NCBI RefSeq assembly: GCF_006345805.1
Contig: NC_043003.1
Location: 49,786,001 to 49,850,000, forward strand
Direction: 5' to 3'
Length of the DNA stretch: 64,000 bases
DNA from: Octopus sinensis
Lineage: Eukaryota
Shown here: in pieces, positions 1 to 12,915 of the stretch
Numbering within the stretch: the stretch's first letter is position 1
How the letters are laid out: each line of letters opens with the position of its first letter
Program-made: the position numbers and the translations under genes
The notes under the pieces: model-generated
The model's input: the letters and a program-made list of their open reading frames with translations, nothing else
Told to the model about the DNA's origin: nothing
Database searches by the model: none

Positions 1-909
1 ACTGTTCAAAGAAGAATCAAAGCCATGACTATTGATATTTAGAAACAATTTGTACAGGAGATCAACATAGCAGCATTTGACTTATTTGCAGTTCAACTTG
101 AATTTGCTTGTATAGCTTCATGTTTCCCAGGTTAGTGATTGTAAGATAGGTTCACTCAGGGTTATTTAAAGAGGGGCTGTTCTTTTGCTTACTTCTTGAA
201 AGAGCTACCAAAGACCTCAGATATTTTGGAAAAGATTTTATCTTAAATTTGACCTGAATATTATTTATAGGATAATGTTCGTGGGTGTATCACAGATGGA
301 ACATCAACGATAATTGCAACAAAACCTACATTTGAACTCCCAAAGTGAAAATCAATCATTTGTGTGTTCCCTCATCAAGTACTGGCCTCAAAAATTCTTC
401 CAGTTCCATCACAGAAGGTTTTATATTAAACATTTCAGAATTTCAATGAAGAGGGAGTCCTCAACTTCTCAACCACTTATCTTTTGACATAGTCAACAAC
501 TGCTTGAGTTTTTCACAAAAAGTTCAAAGATTTTAAAATGGAGATGTAACTGAAAAAAAGTCTTTGAGCTTTGAAATGAACTTGTTGTTTTTAAATTCTT
601 CATAAGATGGAATTGTTTTCTTGGTTGAATGATGAGGAATAAATCATTCACCTTGCCTATTTGATTGATATTCTTAATCAATTGAATATTCAGAATCTTC
701 AAATGCCAGGAAGGAATATAAACATAAAATTCATTGATTTCATGTGGGCATGGCTGCTATGTGGTAAGAAGCTTGCTTCCAACCACATGGTACTGGGTTC
801 AATTCCACTGCTTGGCACTTTGAGCAAGTGTCTTCTACTATAGCTCAGGCCAACCAAAACCTTATGGATTTGGTAGATGGTAACTGAAAGTAGCACATTG
901 TATATATTA

Positions 910-991
<82 letters not shown>

Positions 992-1645
992 CCCCTCACC
1001 ATCACTTGATAACTGATGTTGGTGTGTTTACTTCCCTGTAACTTAGCAGTTTGGCAAAAGAAACTTATAGAATATGTACTAGGCTTACAAAGAATAAGTC
1101 CTGGTATTGATTTCTTTAACTAAAGGTGGTGCTCCAGCATGGCTGCAGTCAAATGACTGAAACAAGCAAAGGAATCAAAGAATAAAATATCAAAAATATT
1201 GCTATGTTTGAGAAACTCTCCCCAAATCTTGTGGTTGATACCGAACTCCAAGAGCTTTGAGAATTTGCAGAAGATAAAATTTTGCAGCAATTGACAGACT
1301 ACAAAATGAATCCAGACAATATTTTCCTGAATTCAATGATGAAGAGATGGATTTAATGTAAAATCCATTTAAATTGTCAGTTGAAAGACTGCAAAGATGA
1401 ATTTCCAGACCAGAAGGATTAGCCAGGAGCAAGAAATAAGTCTAATGAAATACCAGTTACAGAATTTTAGCCTATGATGTATCATTCTTATTCAAAAGTT
1501 TCAGAAAGTGCTATAGATATACATTGATTCTAAATGTATCAACATATGCTTGTGAGACAAGTTTTTCAACTCTGCTGCAAATGAAAATAAAGACATGAAA
1601 TAAATAGGAAGTAAAAAATTATCTGCATTGTTCCCTTTCAAGTAC
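1..1645 (+). mobile_element. Decayed hAT (Buster/Charlie-like) transposase remnant, split by a SINE at about 743-1190
   Basis: Broken frames translate to hAT motifs: TVQRRI, DNVRGCITDG, FPHQVLASKILP, LAYLIDILNQLNIQNLQMPG, YFPEF...NPF, and the C-terminal dimerisation motif STYACETSFSTLLQMKIK. Many stops and frameshifts. Confidence 0.85.
743..1190 (+). mobile_element. SINE family A (tRNA-like head, central TA/TG microsatellite, GTAAAAGA tail)
   Basis: Matches about 15 other copies in the window (ggctgtgtggtaag...gggttca...cttgggcaagtgtcttctactatagc...ccagcatggc...gactgaaacaag). Confidence 0.9.
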
Positions 1646-1656
1646 CCCTCTTCAGG

Positions 1657-1990
1657 TGAAGGTGCATGGCTCAGTGGTTAGAGTGTTGAGCTTACGATCG
1701 TAAGGTTGTGAGTTCGATTCCCGGACCGGGCTGCATGTTGTGTTCTTGAGCAAGATACTTTATTTTACGTTGCTCCAGTTAACTCAGCAGTAGAAATGAG
1801 TTGCGACAGCACTAGTGCCAAGCTGTATCAGCCTTTGCCTTTCCCTTGGATAACACTGGTGGCATGGAGAGGGGAGGCTGGTATACATGGATGACTGCTG
1901 GTCTTCCATAAACAACCTTGCCCAGGCTTGTACCTTGGAGGGTAACTTTCTAGGTGCAATCCCATGGTCATTCATGACCAAATGGGGTCT
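1657..1990 (+). mobile_element. SINE family D (tRNA-derived head)
   Basis: A-box-like tggctcagtgg and B-box gagttcgattcc. Related copies at about 30585-30900 (+), 38940-39225 (-), 45290-45615 (-), 51770-52035 (+) and 12130-12370 (-). Confidence 0.85.
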
Positions 1991-3085
1991 CCCCACACCT
2001 CTTTATATCATAGAATTGAGAATAAAAGAAGGAAAAAAACTACAAATATATGACCCCAACCATAAAAAAAGCAAACAAAATGTCACAGGTTCCTCATTGA
2101 CTGTAATTTTCATTTGTTTAAAATAATTACAATACACTGGCATTCTACATCTTTTTTAATTGAAGTATGCTTCATTAACTTTAGTCTGTGAAGTAATTAG
2201 TTATGAATATAAAAAAAAAAACCTACTTTTGCTCAAATTTTAAAATTTATTCACATTTTCTATTGCGAATCAATTTGTAACACTCCATTCTAAAAAAAGA
2301 ATCTAAATAATTTCATTCATTTGATCATTTATCTTCTGGTTTTCCATGTGAGCATGGGTTTGATAGGGACTTACTTGGGACAGGATTTTTCAGTTGGATG
2401 CTCTTCCTATCACCAACCCTTACCTGTTTTCGGTTGTATCAATGTAACTTGGTACTATTCAACCAGCCCACAGGATGACGCACTAAATAGGACAACCTAT
2501 CTATCTTTCTTTCTATCTATCTATCTATCTGTCTATCTGTTTGTCTGTCTGTCTGTCTGTCTGTTTGTCTGACTGTCTGTCTGTTTGTCTGACTGTTTGT
2601 CTGTTTGTCTGAATGTCTGTCTAGCTATCTGTCTGTCTGTCTAGCTAGCTATTTGTCTATCTGTCTATCTCTATCTTTCAATCTATTTATCTATCCATCC
2701 ATCCATCCATCCATTATATGGTAGTATGTAAAAAGTACCATTTGAGTGTTGGGCCTCATGGAGGCATTGTGGCCAATGCTGGTGTGGTAAGTAAAAGCAG
2801 CCATTACACTCTGAGTGTTGGCATTAAGGGCATCCAGCCATAGAAACCATGCCAAATCAGACTGGTGTCTGGTGCAGCCCCTCAGCTTGCCAGCCCTGTG
2901 TCAAGCAGTCCTACCCATGCCACACATGGACAATGGACATTAAATGATGATGATGATGCTATATATATAGATATATATATCTTAAACTAACTTATAGTTA
3001 ATTATACTCACATACTTTCAGTTGACCTCCATCCTTTTGGTGTCATTTCAAATTGTAGCATTATCCACTGTTATTATACCAAATG

Positions 3086-3122
<37 letters not shown>

Positions 3123-3135
3123 GCACATATATATA

Positions 3136-3357
3136 TATTTCTTTACTGCCCACAAGGGGCTAAACATAGAGGGGACAAACAAGGACAGACAAAGGGATTA
3201 AGTTGATTACATCAACCCCAGTGCGAAACTGGTACTTAATTTATCGACCCCGAAAGGATGAAAGGCAAAGTCGATCTCGGCGGAATTTGAACTCAGAACG
3301 TAACGACAGACGAAATACCGCTAAGCATTTCGCCAAGCGCGCTAACGCTTCTGCCAG
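3136..3357 (-). mobile_element. SINE family C (central domain resembling the Meta/Sauria-type SINE domain)
   Basis: The minus strand reads gagttcaaattcc (B-box) then gactttgcctttcatcctttcggggtcgataaattaagtaccag. Other copies at about 12668, 15860, 20590, 21190, 45685, 53460, 56890, 57100 and 57695. Confidence 0.8.
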
Positions 3358-3397
3358 CATATATATATATATATATACACACACACATACAGGCATA

Positions 3398-4003
3398 GGA
3401 GTGGCTGTGTGGTAAATAGCTTGCTTACAGACCACATAGCTCTGGGTTCAGTCCCACTGTGTGACACCTTGGACAAGTGTCTTCTACTATAGCATCAGGC
3501 CAACCAAAGCCTTGTGAGTGAATTTGGTGGATGGAAACTGAAAAAGGCCATCGTATATATATCTCTTTTCTCTTTCTCTTTTTCTTTTACTTGTTTCAGT
3601 CATTTGACTGCAGCCATGCTGGAGCACCGCCTTTAGTCGAGCAAATCAACCCCAGGACTTATTCTTTGAAAACCTAGTACTTATTCTATCGGTCTCTTTT
3701 GCCAAACTACTAGGTTACAGGGACGTAAACACACCACCATCAGTTGTCAAGCAATGTTGGGGGGACAAACACATACACACAAACATATACACATACATAC
3801 AAATATATATACATATATACGACGGGCTTCTTTCAGTTTCTGTCTACCAAATCCACTCACAAGGCTTTGGTCAGCCCAAGGCTATAGTACAAGACACTTG
3901 CCCAAGGTGCCATGCAGTAAGAATGAACCTGGAACAATGTGGTTGGTAAGGAAGCCACTTACCACACATCCACAACTACGCCTATGCTATATGTGCTATA
4001 TGT

Positions 4004-4044
<41 letters not shown>

Positions 4045-4285
4045 ATGTATATGTGTGTGTGCATATGTTTGTGTGCCTGTATTTGTCCCCCCAACATTGC
4101 TTGACAAGCGATGCTGGTGTGTTTATGTCACTGTAACTTAGTGGTTTGGCAAGAGAGACCGATAGAATAAGTACTAGGCTTACAAAGAATAAGTCCTGGG
4201 GTCGATTTGCTCACGTAAAGGTGGTGCTCCATCATGGCCAAGTCAAATGATTGAAACAAGTAAAAGAGTAAAAGAGTAAAGAGTA
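3398..4285. mobile_element. Nested SINE A: a minus copy (about 3584-3982) inside a plus copy (halves 3398-3562 and 4050-4285)
   Basis: The 5' and 3' halves of the plus copy flank a complete reverse-complement copy located at the internal TA tract. Confidence 0.85.
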
Positions 4286-4290
4286 CATAT

Positions 4291-4506
4291 ATGCAGTTTG
4301 ATTTTGTGCCAGGCAGAAGCACGACTTATGCTATATTTCTGGTAAGGCAACTGCAGGAAAAATATCTAACCAAAGATAAACATCTGTACTTGGCTTTTGT
4401 TGACTTGGAGAAAGCCTTTGATAGGGATTCCCGATCCCTTATCTGGTGAGCAATGCAGAAACTGGGGATAGACGAGTGTTTGGTAAGAGCTGTACGGGAA
4501 TGTGAA
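4291..4506 (+). mobile_element. RTE-clade LINE reverse transcriptase fragment
   Basis: MQFDFVPGRSTTYAIFLVRQLQEKYLTKDKHLYLAFVDLEKAFDR...W*AMQKLGIDECLVRAV. Confidence 0.9.
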
Positions 4507-4549
4507 ACAGCTTTTGTTATATTTCTGCTGCTTTTTAATAAAGTGTATA

Positions 4550-4624
<75 letters not shown>

Positions 4625-4632
4625 ACATATGC

Positions 4633-5030
4633 ATACATACATACATATATGTACATACCTACATCTATATGTATATATACATGCATATATGAGTACAGGA
4701 CACCACAAATAAACATAGAACACAACGAGAAACGAAAATATAAAATCAAACAAGGAAACAGACTTTTTTTAACAACGAAAAAACAGAGTACAAGACAAAC
4801 AATACAAGGAATATTCCCCTTCATCAGCTGCCCCTGTTTCGACTCAATGCGTGTTTCGAAGATAAGGGCAGAACACGTTTTTTCGTTGTTAAAAAAAGTC
4901 TGTTTCCTTGTTTGATTTTATGTTTTCATTTCTCATTGTGTTCTATGTTTATTTGTGGTGTCCTGTACTCATATATGCATGTATATATACATATAGATGT
5001 AGGTATGTACATATATGTATGTATGTATGT
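4633..5030. repeat. Foldback element with arms of about 150 bp and a 92 bp loop
   Basis: 4633-4784 is a near-perfect reverse complement of 4877-5030. Confidence 0.9.
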
Positions 5031-5619
5031 ATACATATGTTTTATTTATTAAATTGTTATTATATGATTGAACGCTCGCGTCGTTTTCTTTTTCTTCTTC
5101 TCCAGTAAGTTTTATTACATATATATATATACATACACATACACATACACACATATTTTCAGAAACTAAATTCCTTCACAATCTTGAATATAAAAGAAGA
5201 TGCTTTCTCAAGTTATATTCAGTGGGGCTGAACCTGGATCTCACGATTGCAAAACAAACTGTTTAACCACACAGCTATGTTTGTGCCAATATAGATAAAG
5301 AAAGATTTTTCAACATCATACACATATGGCCTGGAATGCACCTTTTGACTGAGATAATCTTGGGGGTAAATTATGGGACAATGCTCTAAAATATGGAGAG
5401 AAAATGGTGCATGAATGAAAAAATGGTTGAGTAGGAATTATTGATTTAGAATCTCTGGAGATGCTTTGGTAATTTACTATAAAATTTGAGCAGAGTTTGT
5501 TAATAAATATTGCAACTATTTCAAATCATGTGTAGGGGAGTGTTTGGGGGGTTTTCCTGGATTGACAAAATGGAAGGATAGTGATGCTAGGAAAGTATGA
5601 AGCATTAGTGTTTCAAAGA

Positions 5620-5624
5620 CAGTT

Positions 5625-5687
<63 letters not shown>

Positions 5688-6065
5688 ATAATATTGTTGG
5701 TGGTGGTGGTTTGCCATGGGGATGGAGTTAGTAGAGGCAGTGGTGGAAGATTGCCATGGTGGTGGTGGTGACGGTAGATTGGTAATAGAAATAGTGGTAG
5801 CAGTGGTCGCAGTAGAGTAACAGTGGTGATAGTAGTAGATGTAGCAGCAGTAGCAGTGGTACTGGTGCTGGGTGGCAGGGAGGTAATGGTGATGGTGGTG
5901 CAGGTGGTGGTAGTTGTGATGATGGCGATGGTAGTGTAGTGGCAGTAATAGTAGTTATGGTGACAGTAGTAGTAGATGGCAGAGCAGTAGTAGTGGTGGT
6001 TGTGGTGGTGGCAGTGATGGTGGAGTGGTAGTATTAGTAGTGGTGGTGGTAGTAGTTTTAGAGTA

Positions 6066-6110
<45 letters not shown>
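5620..6110. repeat. (GTA)n/(GTG)n degenerate trinucleotide tract
   Basis: Directly visible. Confidence 0.95.
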
Positions 6111-6324
6111 ACCGCGAGCAGAAGTGTTACTCTCTTTTACTTGTTTCAGTCATGTGACTGTAGCCATGCTAGAGCACTGCCTTTAGTCAAGCAAATCGAC
6201 CCCAGGAGTTCAGTCCCACTGCATGGCACCTTGGGCAAGTGTCTTCTACTGTAGCCTCGGGGCGACCAAAGCCTTGTGAGTGGATTTGGTTGATGGTCGT
6301 ATATATGTATATGTATTTATATAT

Positions 6325-6975
6325 ATCATCATCATTGTTTGACCGTGGTTGAGACAATGGAATTTACTATGCTACACCAGACTTCACGGTCCATCATAGC
6401 ATTATGGAGGTCCTGTTGCTGGATGCCTGTATCCCTGGAGATTACATCATGGTAGGAGAGTGCGAGCTTTCTGGTATCGCGAGTAGATGGCTTCCAGAGG
6501 AGAAGAGGAGAAATTACCTCGTTTTCAGCTCTACAACAATGTCCATCAAACTGGACTCTCCTACCTTTCACAAGAAATGATACAGGTGGTAGTTTTCCCT
6601 ATATTTGTATTTTCCATGAGAGATTTTGAGCTCTCATAAGGAGGCGAGTGTAAGTTCCATCCAACCACCTCTCAAGCTTCTTTGATAACGTCTAGGTGTC
6701 TGAGCCAAATAGTAGAATTTGTTCGACTGTGGCTTCGAAGATTTAAAGTTTGAAGTCTCTACTTAGATTTGATGACCAGAACTTATGCATATCATTACAG
6801 GCTGACCTGACCATACCCTTTGTAGTTAAAAAATCTTCTCCAGATGATGATATGTATGACCCAAGATATTTGTAATCAGAAACCATATTTAAGGTCGTAT
6901 TGTTGAGAGTATGGATGATGAAATCACTGTTGGACAGGCATTTGTTTACATATTCAGTCTTGGTCTCAGACCAAG
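6325..6975 (-). mobile_element. RTE/RTE-X-like LINE ORF2 3' end with (TGA)n tail
   Basis: VSDYKYLGSYISSS...EQILLFGSDT*TLSKKLERWLDGTYTRLLMRAQN...RRVQFDGHC...DREVW. Confidence 0.9.
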
Positions 6976-6982
6976 ACTGAGA

Positions 6983-7028
<46 letters not shown>

Positions 7029-7215
7029 ATGTTTGTGTGTCCCCACAACATTAACAAATCATGCTTTTATTACTGTTATTATTATTTAGTTCAAAGCCAT
7101 ACTAGACTGGCCAAGCTTATGACCATAGTTGTTTAAACTTTGACCACTACATCTTTTTATAGACACTATGCATTCAGAACAACATGATCCAATGTGTCTT
7201 TTTTAAATTTTTTAT

Positions 7216-7550
7216 CCTTTTAAGACAGCAGAGTGTGATTTTAGGGAGATTTAGCAACTGTTTCTAGCAAGTGGAGTGACTGCATAGAGGCATAAGGGCT
7301 CCTTCATTAGCTTGATAACACTATCTTTTCCCTTCTAAGACAGCAGAGTATAATTTAAGGGAGATTTGGCTACTATTTCTAGCAAGTGGAGAGACTGCAT
7401 AGAGGCATAGGGGCTGCTACATTAGCTCAGTAACAGTATCTTTTTTTCCCTTTCGTGTCAGCAGGGTGTGAGTTGAATGAGATTTGGCTACTATTTCTAG
7501 CAAGTTGAGGGACAGAATAGAAGCTCCTTCATCAGCTTGCTAACAGTATA
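7216..7550. repeat. Three diverged tandem units of about 110 bp
   Basis: The motif gagatttggctactatttctagcaagtggag...atagaggc...ctcc...cattagct occurs three times. Confidence 0.8.
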
Positions 7551-7617
7551 TCACTCATTAACAATAGTAAATCAACAACGCATGGTTTTGAAAGATTATA
7601 AAAGTAGTAACAGCAGC

Positions 7618-7651
<34 letters not shown>

Positions 7652-8963
7652 TTATGGGATGCTTTCCACCACCCTTGGTTGATATTTTCCAGGTCAACAC
7701 ATTCGCTGCTCAGATGTCATAACTTGTGCATTGGCTCTCTTGGCTTAAAGGGAACATTGGTTTTAATCCAAGTATTTTTGGCAAATCATATAACTGCTAT
7801 ATATACATACACAAACACACACACTTACACACATACGTACATGCATACATACACTCATATATACATACATATATACATGCATATACATTGCATGCAAACA
7901 TGGATGCCTGCAATGTACATGAATGCATATGTATTTATATTATGTATACATGCATGATGTAACACATATATGTATATGCATGCATACATACATACATACG
8001 TACATGCATACATATATATATATATATACATACACCGGTACACATACGTACATACATACATGAATACATACATATAAATGTACATACACACACATATATA
8101 CATGCATGCATATACAAGCATACATATATACGTACATACACATATACATACATACACACATATGTGCATGCATGCATACATACGCACATACGTATGTACG
8201 AACATACATACATGCATACATACATATGTACATTAACACATATGTGTGTATATTATGTATGTATATTATGTACATGAACACATATGTGTGTATATTATGT
8301 ATGTATGCATGATGTAACATATATATATGTATTTGCATATATACATACAAACGAAACCCCCAGCTTCTACATCTAGACTATGAATTCATAGTCATACCAA
8401 TAATAATTTTGTTAGTAAATGCTTAAAGGAGAATCTGGATAAACTGGTATTTTCAAAAAAAGAAATCAACCGACTGATCCGTACAAGTGAAATCTGTGAG
8501 TGGAACAGTAAAAGCATGCAAGATTTTTCTCAAATTCCCAAAGTGAATTTGTGTTAACTACATCCCAAAAACGGAGTCTTGTATCATATTTGGAAACTGG
8601 CTGCCTCCTCAGTGGAAGATTTATAATAATTAAAAAATAGAACAGGCATATACATACATACATACATCCATGCATACATGCATATATCCATGCATACACA
8701 CACAAACACACACATACATATTTGCGGAATATTGTAAACAGTCTTTCAATACCTATAGGTATGCATGATGTAAGTATGCATGTATGTAACATACATATGT
8801 ATGTATGCATGATGTAACATATATATATATATATATATGTGTGTATATTGGCAGGGCTGGCCTGCTAGGTAGCCGGCCAGAATGCTAGAATCCTCAGATT
8901 TTTTGAATGCTGGACTACTGGTTTTAAATTGATATTAAAATTAATATTAATTTATCTCCCTCA

Positions 8964-9044
<81 letters not shown>

Positions 9045-9302
9045 AAAATATACATATATATGCATGCAGGTATACATACATACATGTATACATTCATTCA
9101 TGCATACACATATACATACATATGTACATGCATACATACATACTTACATATATACACATGCATATTTGCATAATATATTCATAAAATATTCTAAACAGAC
9201 AGTTTGTCTATGCCTCTGTTTATTTTGGCATTAAATTCACTGTCCTCTCTTTTATGTGCAAGGGTCTACAACAGTAAGAGGCATTAAGAAACTAAGAATT
9301 CC

Positions 9303-9590
9303 TTTGTAGATGATCAAAAGATCTGTATTATAAATATTTACATTGTTGAGAAACAATTGGATCGAGTAACAGAATTTTCTGCTGATATAGGGATGGAATT
9401 TGGCCAAAAGGAAAGTTCATAGTTGAGAAACTGCTTCCCAAACCCTAAACCTGTGGAACAATGCTCTCTCATTCTAGCTATTCCGTTCCACAAAATGAGA
9501 ATTTCATATACCTAAGTATTGAGGAAAATATGCTACACAAATATTCTGTGACGAGGAAAGAATCTAGACCAAAGAAAATTTACATCGGAC
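9303..9590 (+). mobile_element. R4/Dong-like LINE RT fragment
   Basis: FVDDQKIC...LDRVTEFSADIGMEFGQK and ENFIYLSIEE resemble the R4 pattern YMDDLKLY...FSxDIGMxFGLDKC...YKYLG. Confidence 0.65.
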
Positions 9591-9758
9591 TTTATAGGGT
9601 GTGGCTGTGTGGTTATGAAGCTTGCTTCCCAACTATGTGGCCTTGGGTTCAGTCCAACTTCACAGCCGCTTTTATTATAGTTCTTGGCTGACCAAAGCTT
9701 TATGAGTAGATTTGATAAATGGAAGTAGAAAGAAGCCCATACCATGTGTGTGTGTGTG

Positions 9759-9886
<128 letters not shown>

Positions 9887-10209
9887 CATGACTCTATTTC
9901 TATCTATCAGCCCTTTCACATTCTTTCATTTCACTCTTCGTTCTTTCGTTCCCCCTCTCTCACATTTCTTTGCCTTCTCTTCTTGCTCACTTCCCTCCAC
10001 TTTTCACTTCAGTGTCCCTGAAATTTTTTCTCGCCCCTCCTTAATTCTTCTGTCCCTCTACTTCTACTTCTTTCTCTTCTCTTCCCACATGACCAGCGTT
10101 CGACCAAGACTGTTCTTTCTTTCTTGGTCTAACCATTGTCCGTGCAACATCGATATTCCTCCCTGTGTTTGTGAAAGCTTCATTTCATGTGTTTGTGAAA
10201 GCTTCATTT

Positions 10210-10531
10210 CCACACACACACCAGATTAATTTAATTCATCCTTAGTCGAAAGACACCTGATGTTATGTCCTGTTATTATTTTTACTGTATTTGTGTAACA
10301 TTGTCTGTTTTTTTCCATCCTTGTTTTTGTATACATTCACTGCTTTCTTCCAAGGAATCTAATGCTCTTAGCTTAGTTTTTCCTTGAGGCTGGCCAGATT
10401 GGAGTTATCTCAAGTATAATCTGCCGAAATTGCGAAAATAATCTGGTACTTGACTGAGAAAAGAAAGCTTCACATGACCCGTCCTTTTTTTATTTGTATC
10501 ATCTACCGGGATGTTTTGTTGTCCCATTTTG

Positions 10532-10545
<14 letters not shown>
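10210..10545. repeat. Dispersed non-coding repeat with a reverse-complement copy at about 62480-62870
   Basis: Shared core ggaatctaatgct.ttagcttagtttttccttg.ggctggccagattg. Both copies end in (TA)n. Confidence 0.85.
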
Positions 10546-10568
<23 letters not shown>

Positions 10569-10650
10569 GGTCCCGGGTTGAGTAGGGGTTAACCACAGTA
10601 AATAAGGTACTCAATACATAGCAGAGTAAAGTAATTTATTTTATAGAAGG

Positions 10651-10701
10651 AGCTTCTACAGGACTAGAACTGTTTCATTCGGATGAAATCTTCAGGAAGC
10701 T
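10651..10701 (-). ncRNA. Type I hammerhead ribozyme motif
   Basis: Minus strand: agcttc-CTGAAGA-tttc atcc gaat-GAAA-cag ttctagtc ctg-TA-gaagct. Stem I 6 bp, stem III 4 bp with a ctag palindrome in the loop, GUA site, U.U at the base of stem II. Confidence 0.75.
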
Positions 10702-11256
10702 GGCTGTCAAAATAAGTTCTGGTATTTATGCATTTAGGCAGATTTAATGGAGTGGGGGTGGGGGATGTTTTTTGGGTAGGTTGGTATTTAGGAGATAAAC
10801 AGGGCACAAGCTATTGTTCTTAGGGGAGTGGTCAAAAGGCCAGAGTGTTTTTTGAAATGAGAAGAATCAGTGAGAAAAAAAAATAAATGAATAAATAGAA
10901 TAAATGAATAGAAACAGATATATGGGATGGGATTTTAGGTAAATTAGAAGACAATTGCTTTTTGGTGGTCAAGAAGAGGTAGGCAGTTTGTTATCGTTAG
11001 GTGGAGGGAATAAATAGATAAATATACATGAAAAAACATATAAATATGTTTATATATATATACATATATACAAATATGTTTATATATATACATATATAAA
11101 CAAAATTCAGTAGGGTACTAAAATACTACTTGCTATAAAGAGCTATCACTCTAACATCACAAGTTACTCATTATTAAAATACACACAGCAAATGCAACAA
11201 AAATAACTGAAATAGGCTTACCTAGCACGAACTACAGAAGTAAGAAACACATATTT

Positions 11257-11315
11257 TCTAGGATCAATTGATTTCGCTTTCTGTATGTAAAACATACTTA
11301 AGCTCATCAGCCAGA
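11257..11315 (-). ncRNA. Canonical type I hammerhead ribozyme
   Basis: Minus strand: tctgg-CTGATGA-gctt aa gtatg tttta catac aga aagc-GAAA-tcaattga-TC-ctaga. Core perfect, G10.1-C11.1 pair present, palindromic stem III, AUC site. Confidence 0.88.
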
Positions 11316-11344
11316 CAACAACTATTTCTGAAATATTCATCACA

Positions 11345-11503
11345 GGAGTGGCTGTGTGGTAAGTAGCTTGCTTACCAGCCACACAGTTCTGGGCTCATTC
11401 CCACTGCATGGCACCTTGGGCATGTGTCTTCTACTATAGCCTCAGGCTGACCAAAGTCTTGTGAGTGGATTTGGTAGACGGAAACTGAAAGAAGCCCATC
11501 GTA

Positions 11504-11543
<40 letters not shown>

Positions 11544-11758
11544 CATGTGTATATGTTTGTGTGTCTGTGTTTGTCCCCCCAACATCGCTTGACAACCGAC
11601 GCTGGTGCCTTTACGTTCCCGTAAGTTAGCAGTTCGGCAAAACAGACCGATAGAATAAGTACTAGGCTTACAAAGAATAAGTCCTGGGGTTGATTTGCTC
11701 GACTAAAGGCAGTGCTCCAGCATGGCCGCAGTCAAATGACTGAAACAAGTAAAAGAGT
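11345..11758 (+). mobile_element. Full-length SINE A
   Basis: Complete from ggagtggctgtgtgg to gtaaaagagt. Confidence 0.92.
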
Positions 11759-12915
11759 TATGCTCTTACATTTGAATGCCCCCGCAACATTCAAAACGAC
11801 CATATTGTGAGCCAGTAAAAGTTACAGTTAAATAGGTACCATTGCCATTAATAATAATAATAATGATAATAATAAAGTGGCTAGCAAGTTTGCACCTTTA
11901 TAGGTAGAATATATATAAATATATACACACAATGGGCTTCCTTCAATTTGAGAATCACCGCTATTTGATCAAAGCCACAATCTTACAATCATGAGTTGAA
12001 TATCTTAATCACTAAGCCATGTACTTCAACACTTAATACTCTTTTAAAATCCCTTATAACTAGAACATCCAAGGATCTCTGAATAATAAGTAGCTTAGGT
12101 CTGTTTTAAGACCCCAAACTCATAAGACCAGAACTTAACTCAGTTTCCATGGTGTGTAGGTGACTGAAATTACACTACCCCACCCCACTGGATGGGATGC
12201 CAGTCCATTGCAACATTAACTTCCCTGCTATCACTGGAATACATTTACAGCTGAGTGGACTTGAACAATGTGAAATGCAGTGTTTTGCTCAAAAACCCAT
12301 CTCACCAGCTGGTCCTAGGAATTGAAAACATGATCTTAGGATCATGAGTACAACACCCTAATCACTCGGTCTCCTGCATTCACATTATGTAGCTACTGAA
12401 AACAAACTGGGATTAAAATTTAATGATAATTTATTGAATGAGCTCTTACTTTGTCTGTCCTTACTTTCTAGCCTTCTGACACTTAAACAATTTCTATGGC
12501 CTTCTACATCCATAAATCTCTAATGTTATGTGGCTACAGTCAAAATGTTGGACTGATAAAAACATAAATTTAAATAATTAATGAATTCTTATTCTACCTC
12601 CTCCCATCTCCTATTTGTAAACCTGTTAACACTCGTCCATAAATGTCTGTTGTTATTAACATCATTTAAGGCGGCAAGCTGGTAGAATTGTCAGCAGACC
12701 AGGTGAAATGCTTAGCAGCATTTTGTATGTCTATTTTCATCCTGGTAAGGTCAATAAAATAAGAACCATTTAAGCACTGGAGTTGATGAAATCAATTTAT
12801 CCTTCCCTTGAACATGATTGCCTTGTGCCTAAATTTTAAAACATTATTAACATTTATTTCCATTTATATATTTGTTTTGCAAGATTTTTGATGTGAAATC
12901 GTGTGTTGAAATAGA

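Noticed and set aside
1657-1735. tRNA genes at SINE heads
   Set aside because: A and B boxes are present, but each continues into a SINE body and no complete cloverleaf is evident.
7480-7540. Minus-strand CUGAUGA...GAAA in the 110 bp tandem units
   Set aside because: Stems I and II do not pair next to the core.
7693-7748. Possible upstream SLC35F6 exon (QHIRCSDVITCALALLA)
   Set aside because: In-frame stop and no usable donor; the similarity is too short.
8408-8620. Protein-like frame KENLDKLVFSKKEINRLIR...LHPKNGVLYHIWK, possibly a PLE linker region
   Set aside because: The resemblance is too weak to call without a profile search.
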